This document shows, piece by piece, positions 13,245 through 17,779 of a stretch of DNA of 17,779 nucleotides. The translations under genes and the position numbers were made by a program. The DNA comes from Candidatus Hydrogenedentota bacterium (lineage in GTDB: Bacteria > Hydrogenedentota > Hydrogenedentia > Hydrogenedentales > SLHB01). The DNA lies in NCBI GenBank assembly GCA_034408725.1, contig JAWXCN010000254.1:1-17779 (forward strand). The letters run 5' to 3'. Positions within the stretch are counted from its first letter, which is position 1, and every line of letters begins with the position of its first letter. The notes under the pieces were generated by a model that ran no database searches, had not been told where the DNA came from, and saw only the letters and a program-made list of their open reading frames with translations.

Positions 13245-15799
13245 AGATAGCAAACAGTATCGCGCGATCTGCAGGGGCAACGTGCGCGTGCGCATGTCTC
13301 GTGCTTGCCGCGTATGCCCAACCCGAACCCGGACCCATCGGCGAAGGCCAGTTGGTGGTGGACGTTCTGCCGCAGTTCGTGACGACGCTACGCCCGGATT
13401 CCTGGGTTCCCGTCGATATTCTCGTCAACAACAACAAGCAGGACATCTCCGGTTCGCTTCAGCTCACATTGCTAAACAACGACGACCGGCTAAGCCCCAT
13501 TTACCGGTTGCCCATCGATTCTCCAAAGAATTCGCGCAAGCGGTTCCGAATGTATTGCAACTTCAAGAACGCGACGTCGATGTCGGTGATGTTATACAAC
13601 GGCCGTCGCGCGGCGCTGCCCGATGACATCAGGCTGACCTTGCGCCCGATCAATCCCAATGACGTGCTGGCGCTGATTCTCGACGACGAACCGTCGGACT
13701 ACGGATTCCTGTTCAACGCAGTGCAGGAGATCGGCGAAGGAGTGGGGGTTCACCGCGAAAGTTTGCGCACCGAAGAACTCAGCCAGTTGCCCGAATATCC
13801 GCAGTGTTACGAACCGTACACACTCATTGTGCTTGGCCGGATCGATCCCGAAGCAATTCCAACGCGGCAACGCGAACTTCTCCGCCGCTACGTCGAACAC
13901 GGCGGATTGCTGGTCGTGTGCCTCGGCGAGAACGCGCCGCGATACCGGGGAACCTGGGTCGAAGAACTCGCGGGCGCGGGCATAGGCGAGGTCCAGGCGT
14001 CCGACGAAGCGGCCTATGCCGCGCGCGTGTTCAGCCCCGAGTGGGCAGGAGGCGCGAGGGAAGGCAAGAGCATTCTGTATGCGCGCATTGCGCCGCAGCC
14101 GGGCGTTTACGTGCCCGCGAGCGCCGCCCCGGAAACCGTCGCGGACAGGGAGGTGGCGGTGGTAGTGCGCCCCATCGGTTCCGGTCATGTCGCCGTCGTT
14201 GCGACGGATGCCGCGGGAAAGGCGCTTCAGGGGTCGAAGGGTTTTGTGCAGGTGTGGCGGAACCTCATCGCGTTGCGCCAGGAAACCACCGAATTGCACT
14301 ATGACCATGCCGCGTCACAAGCCGAATACGCGTTGCCGTCCGCGACGGGAATTCGGGTATACCCGCGATCATCAGTGCTGATCTATCTCGGGCTCTACTT
14401 CGCAATCGGCATCGTGGGCAACTGGATATTTTGGAGTTTGTTCAAACGGCGGGAGATGGCGTGGGTTTGCCTGATATTCATTTCATTCGGATTTACAGCG
14501 TACGCGCTCGTATATGGGACCGCGGGCCGCGCGAAACAAACCGAAATCGCGCAGCTCGAAGTCGTCCGGCTTCCGAAAGAAAGCCCGACAGCCCGCGTCC
14601 GCTCAACGGTAGGCGTGGTCGCGGCGAGGTCATCCAGATACACGCTGACATTTCCAAACGCCTTCCCGCTGGTGTCCGATATCGCGGGCGCGCCGCTGAT
14701 GGGCATGCCGATGCAGGATTCCCTCCTCGACCGTGTGAACGCATTTCACTTTGTGCAGGGGCCGGAGTCCACGGTCGAGAACCTCACCGTCGGCGCGAGC
14801 ACCATGCGGTTAATCCAGGTGGACTCCGAGATTGCGTCGCCCGGAAAAATTGAGGGCGCCCTCACCTGGGATGCCGACGGTATCCACGGCGAATTGACGA
14901 ACGCCACCGGGCTGGTGATCCAGGCGCCGTTTTTGGTGGTGAACGGTAAGCGGTTTTCCGTGCAACAACGCGACGGCGTCTGGGTAGTGAACGTGCCGGC
15001 AACGAGTATTGACTCGCGTGAATTGACGACGCAGTCCCCAACGATTCGCTACGGGATGTATGGAATGTATGGAGGCGATTTGCTTGACGTAGCCCAGTTG
15101 CGCGAGGGATTCGTGTCGGATTTGCTGACAGCCGACGCAATATCCGGATTTAGCGATGCGCGTATCGGCCCGTTTGTGTGCGGATGGGTCGAGGGCAAGC
15201 CCGTTCGCAGCATCGATATTGGCGAACCCGCAACCGAACGCATTCACGCCACGTTGCTGGTCGCCGACGTTGATATCGACAGGTTGGCCTCGGCAGGAGG
15301 GCGACAATCCGAAATAACGGTGAGCATCACGCCAGATAACACATTAAGATTAAGACAAAATTATCCCGGCTACTACGCGAACTATGGCGGAGGCCCGCAA
15401 ATGTACGACATCAGCGGCAACGAGCCGTTGGAGGTATTAATTTCGTTGCCTCGATATTTGCTCGCCGGCGCTGGCGGCCGCATCGAAGTGAGTGTGTACT
15501 GGACCGCCAATAGTGGCGGGTCCGTTGTCTTTTCGCCAAAGGATGCGCCCGGCGTGTGGGCAGACGAGAATCTGCTGAACACCACAACGACGACAAGCCA
15601 GGGCGAAACCATCAACGTCACCACGTTTGCCCTGAAGGACTGGGCTGAGCGAATTGATCCAAAGTCCGGATTGCTCGAAGGCAAACTGATGTTGACGAAA
15701 AGTGGGGCCAATCCCTATGCCCGCGCCACGGCGCGCGCGCACATAATCGAGTCGCAAACGGATTCCTACGGCGGAGACTGGAAACCATGGCAATCGTAG
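13241..15799 (+). CDS. Large exported/membrane protein with glutamine-amidotransferase-like domain and central TM pair
   Basis: GTG 13241 overlaps the previous TGA (GTGA), with SD GGAGG 13228-13232. Signal-peptide-like N-terminus (..CLVLAAYA|QPEP), RPDSWVPV, GATase-fold-like LIVLG...LRRYVEHGGLLVV...GSGHVAVV, and TM pair VLIYLGLYFAIGIVGNW...KRREMAWVCL...FTAYALVYG. Confidence 0.75.
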   Translation: MKIANSIARSAGATCACACLVLAAYAQPEPGPIGEGQLVVDVLPQFVTTLRPDSWVPVDILVNNNKQDISGSLQLTLLNNDDRLSPIYRLPIDSPKNSRKRFRMYCNFKNATSMSVMLYNGRRAALPDDIRLTLRPINPNDVLALILDDEPSDYGFLFNAVQEIGEGVGVHRESLRTEELSQLPEYPQCYEPYTLIVLGRIDPEAIPTRQRELLRRYVEHGGLLVVCLGENAPRYRGTWVEELAGAGIGEVQASDEAAYAARVFSPEWAGGAREGKSILYARIAPQPGVYVPASAAPETVADREVAVVVRPIGSGHVAVVATDAAGKALQGSKGFVQVWRNLIALRQETTELHYDHAASQAEYALPSATGIRVYPRSSVLIYLGLYFAIGIVGNWIFWSLFKRREMAWVCLIFISFGFTAYALVYGTAGRAKQTEIAQLEVVRLPKESPTARVRSTVGVVAARSSRYTLTFPNAFPLVSDIAGAPLMGMPMQDSLLDRVNAFHFVQGPESTVENLTVGASTMRLIQVDSEIASPGKIEGALTWDADGIHGELTNATGLVIQAPFLVVNGKRFSVQQRDGVWVVNVPATSIDSRELTTQSPTIRYGMYGMYGGDLLDVAQLREGFVSDLLTADAISGFSDARIGPFVCGWVEGKPVRSIDIGEPATERIHATLLVADVDIDRLASAGGRQSEITVSITPDNTLRLRQNYPGYYANYGGGPQMYDISGNEPLEVLISLPRYLLAGAGGRIEVSVYWTANSGGSVVFSPKDAPGVWADENLLNTTTTTSQGETINVTTFALKDWAERIDPKSGLLEGKLMLTKSGANPYARATARAHIIESQTDSYGGDWKPWQS

Positions 15800-16716
15800 A
15801 AACGCGATCCCTGACCAAGCGGTACAACTCGTTTACCGCGCTCAAAGACCTGAATTTGACCTTGGAAGTCGGCGACATCTTCGGGTTCATCGGCCCGAAC
15901 GGCGCGGGAAAGACGACGACCATCCGCATTCTATCGACGCTGTTGGTGCCGACGGTAGGCGAAGCTTTTATTGATGGCATCGATGTAACGAAGCATCCCT
16001 ACGAAATCAAAAAAATTCTGGGCTATATGCCGGACGCCTTCGGCGTCTATGACGGAATGCGGTTGCGCGAATATCTCGACTTCTTCGGCGCGGCATACAA
16101 AATTCCCAGCAAAAAACGAAGGACGATTATCGACGACGTGCTCGCCCTGACAGACTTGACATCGAAGGCCGATGACTTCGTAAGCGCGTTTTCGCGCGGC
16201 ATGAAGCAACGGTGCTGTCTCGCGAAAACCCTGCTGCACGACCCGAAAGTGCTGCTGCTCGACGAGCCCGCGAGCGGACTCGATCCGCGGGCGCGCATCG
16301 AAATGCGCGAACTGCTCAAGACGCTGCAGGGCATGGGCAAGACCATCCTGATCTCATCCCACATCCTCTCCGAACTCGGCGACATGTGCAACAAGATCGG
16401 GATCATCGAACATGGGACCCTCCTGGCCGCGGGCGATTACCGCGAAATCCTGAACAGCCTGAAGCAGGAACGCGAAGTGCGCATCGAAGTGCTCGAAGGC
16501 GAAGACGCGGCCGCGCGTATCATCGAGGCGACACCCGGCGTATCAAACCTCGAACGCTCCGGCAGCGAGTTTCACTTCGTCTCGATGCTCGACCGTGTCG
16601 CCCTGGCAGATCTCAACACAAACCTCGTGAATGCCGGCGTGAAAGTGTTGTCATTCACCCAGGAAGAAGGAACGCTCGAAGACGTGTTTTTGCAGGTTAC
16701 GAAAGGGGGTTTGTAA
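15787..16716 (+). CDS. ABC transporter ATP-binding protein (ABC-2/DrrA/GldA-like exporter type)
   Basis: Walker A GPNGAGKTT, GYMPD, signature FSRGMKQR, Walker B LLLDEPASGLDP, H-loop ISSHIL and C-terminal TLEDVFL. 13-nt overlap with the upstream gene. Confidence 0.95.
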   Translation: MAIVETRSLTKRYNSFTALKDLNLTLEVGDIFGFIGPNGAGKTTTIRILSTLLVPTVGEAFIDGIDVTKHPYEIKKILGYMPDAFGVYDGMRLREYLDFFGAAYKIPSKKRRTIIDDVLALTDLTSKADDFVSAFSRGMKQRCCLAKTLLHDPKVLLLDEPASGLDPRARIEMRELLKTLQGMGKTILISSHILSELGDMCNKIGIIEHGTLLAAGDYREILNSLKQEREVRIEVLEGEDAAARIIEATPGVSNLERSGSEFHFVSMLDRVALADLNTNLVNAGVKVLSFTQEEGTLEDVFLQVTKGGL

Positions 16717-16722
16717 CCGGAG

Positions 16723-17779
16723 ATGGTCGCGCCTGGGGAATGGATAATTCTTCGGCGGGAGCTGCGTGGCACGTTCACACGGCGGCGGTGGTTGGCCGTC
16801 ATTATTTTATGGCTCGTTGCATCTGCTGCAATCGTCACGGCGCGTTGGCCGGAGGGGACGCTTGCTCCAGAAGTTTACGCAGGGGAGGCACGCGACCTTC
16901 TCGCGGAACAGTGCCTTCTCATGCTCGCGGCGCTCGCATGTGTTCTCCCTGCAATAAGTGTCACGGCAATAACCCGCGAACATGAAATGGATACCTACGA
17001 TCAACTTCGTCTGTCGCTCATTCGAGATTCCGCGCTCGTCAGGGGTAAGGCATTCGCCTCAATGGTCATGGCGGTGCTGTTTGCAGTAGCGGTTTTGCCG
17101 ATGTTTGGCATCAGTCAGTTTCTGCTGGGTCTTGATAACGAGCATATATACGTAATCGCGATCTACATTCTTCTGTTTGCACTCATGGTCGTCAGTGTGA
17201 GCTCGGCGGCAGCTTTTGCCTTTGGACGGCTAGTGCCTGCACTTCTCGTGTCCTATGGAATTTGCGGCATGCTTTTACTATCGCCCCTATGGTTTGGGGC
17301 GGAGGCTTACAATTATGGCAGCGGATTGGTTTTTCTTCCGCGGGACGAATTTTCTTTATTAGAACGCTTTCCGGTTATCGGCAGTTGGATGCTTAGTTTT
17401 CTTTTTCCCAGTACGGCGCTATTGACCATTGTTCTAGACTTAGTTCATTACGAGTTATTTGCCGTTCAATGCACAATTCTTGCCGGTCTGTCCCTTCTGG
17501 CATACGGGATTGCAATTAAGAGTCTCCGGCGTCGCGACCGTTTTGAGTCCTCGGTGCAGTCACGCGAGGTGACTGATGAACAATCCTTGCATGCGCGCCG
17601 CGCGAGTTTTCCATACTATCTTGTCGATCCGTTGAGGCCCAAGCCGTCTATATCCGACCACCAAAACCCGGTGCTTGTTCGAGAGTTCCGTTGCGCGCTT
17701 TTTTACAAATTGAGTACGATGATCCGGGTGGCTTGCGTCACGTTTGTCTTCGCGTTGTTTGCGATTGCGGCGGCTTCCC
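16723..17779 (+). CDS. ABC-2 type transporter permease, apparently two fused permease domains; 3'-truncated by the window
   Basis: Not in the ORF track. I read frame 1 from ATG 16723 to the window end with no stop: MVAPGEWIILRRELRG...AITREHEMDTYDQLRLSLI...LVRGK (ABC-2 E.E..T...L....GK motif), several TM helices, then FPYYLVDPLRPKPSISDHQNPVLVREFR, which starts a second permease repeat. Confidence 0.85.
   Translation, partial: MVAPGEWIILRRELRGTFTRRRWLAVIILWLVASAAIVTARWPEGTLAPEVYAGEARDLLAEQCLLMLAALACVLPAISVTAITREHEMDTYDQLRLSLIRDSALVRGKAFASMVMAVLFAVAVLPMFGISQFLLGLDNEHIYVIAIYILLFALMVVSVSSAAAFAFGRLVPALLVSYGICGMLLLSPLWFGAEAYNYGSGLVFLPRDEFSLLERFPVIGSWMLSFLFPSTALLTIVLDLVHYELFAVQCTILAGLSLLAYGIAIKSLRRRDRFESSVQSREVTDEQSLHARRASFPYYLVDPLRPKPSISDHQNPVLVREFRCALFYKLSTMIRVACVTFVFALFAIAAAS

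Noticed and set aside
16212-16985. 257-aa plus-strand ORF spanning the ATPase/permease junction
   Set aside because: Arg-rich off-frame product. The real genes are the ATPase and the frame-1 permease starting at 16723.

Overview
GC-rich (~60%) bacterial chromosomal window, probably Candidatus Hydrogenedentota or a Planctomycetota-like lineage (inferred from the style of the H-X9-DG/DUF1559 protein and the tandem ABC-2 permease). The left part holds cell-wall and sugar genes: the 3' end of a SpoIID/LytB gene, a strongly divergent AnmK and a UDP-glucuronate-4-epimerase-like gene. A convergent H-X9-DG-family gene follows. From ~3.3 kb to the right edge runs one co-directional, tightly coupled MoxR/vWA (Bat-like) operon: coiled-coil membrane protein, Tat-lipoprotein NHL propeller, double-vWA membrane protein, MoxR, DUF58, BatA-vWA, GATase-fold membrane protein, ABC ATPase and a tandem ABC-2 permease (truncated by the window and missed by the ORF track). 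The most striking feature is a ~560-bp lower-GC cassette between moxR and DUF58. It encodes only a four-helix-bundle (23S-rRNA-IVP/Avd-like) protein and is bracketed by a perfect 28-bp inverted repeat made of heptamer units, plus an 8/9 direct repeat whose collapse restores an overlapping moxR-DUF58 junction. It looks like a transposase-less insertion element or an mRNA 'intervening sequence'.
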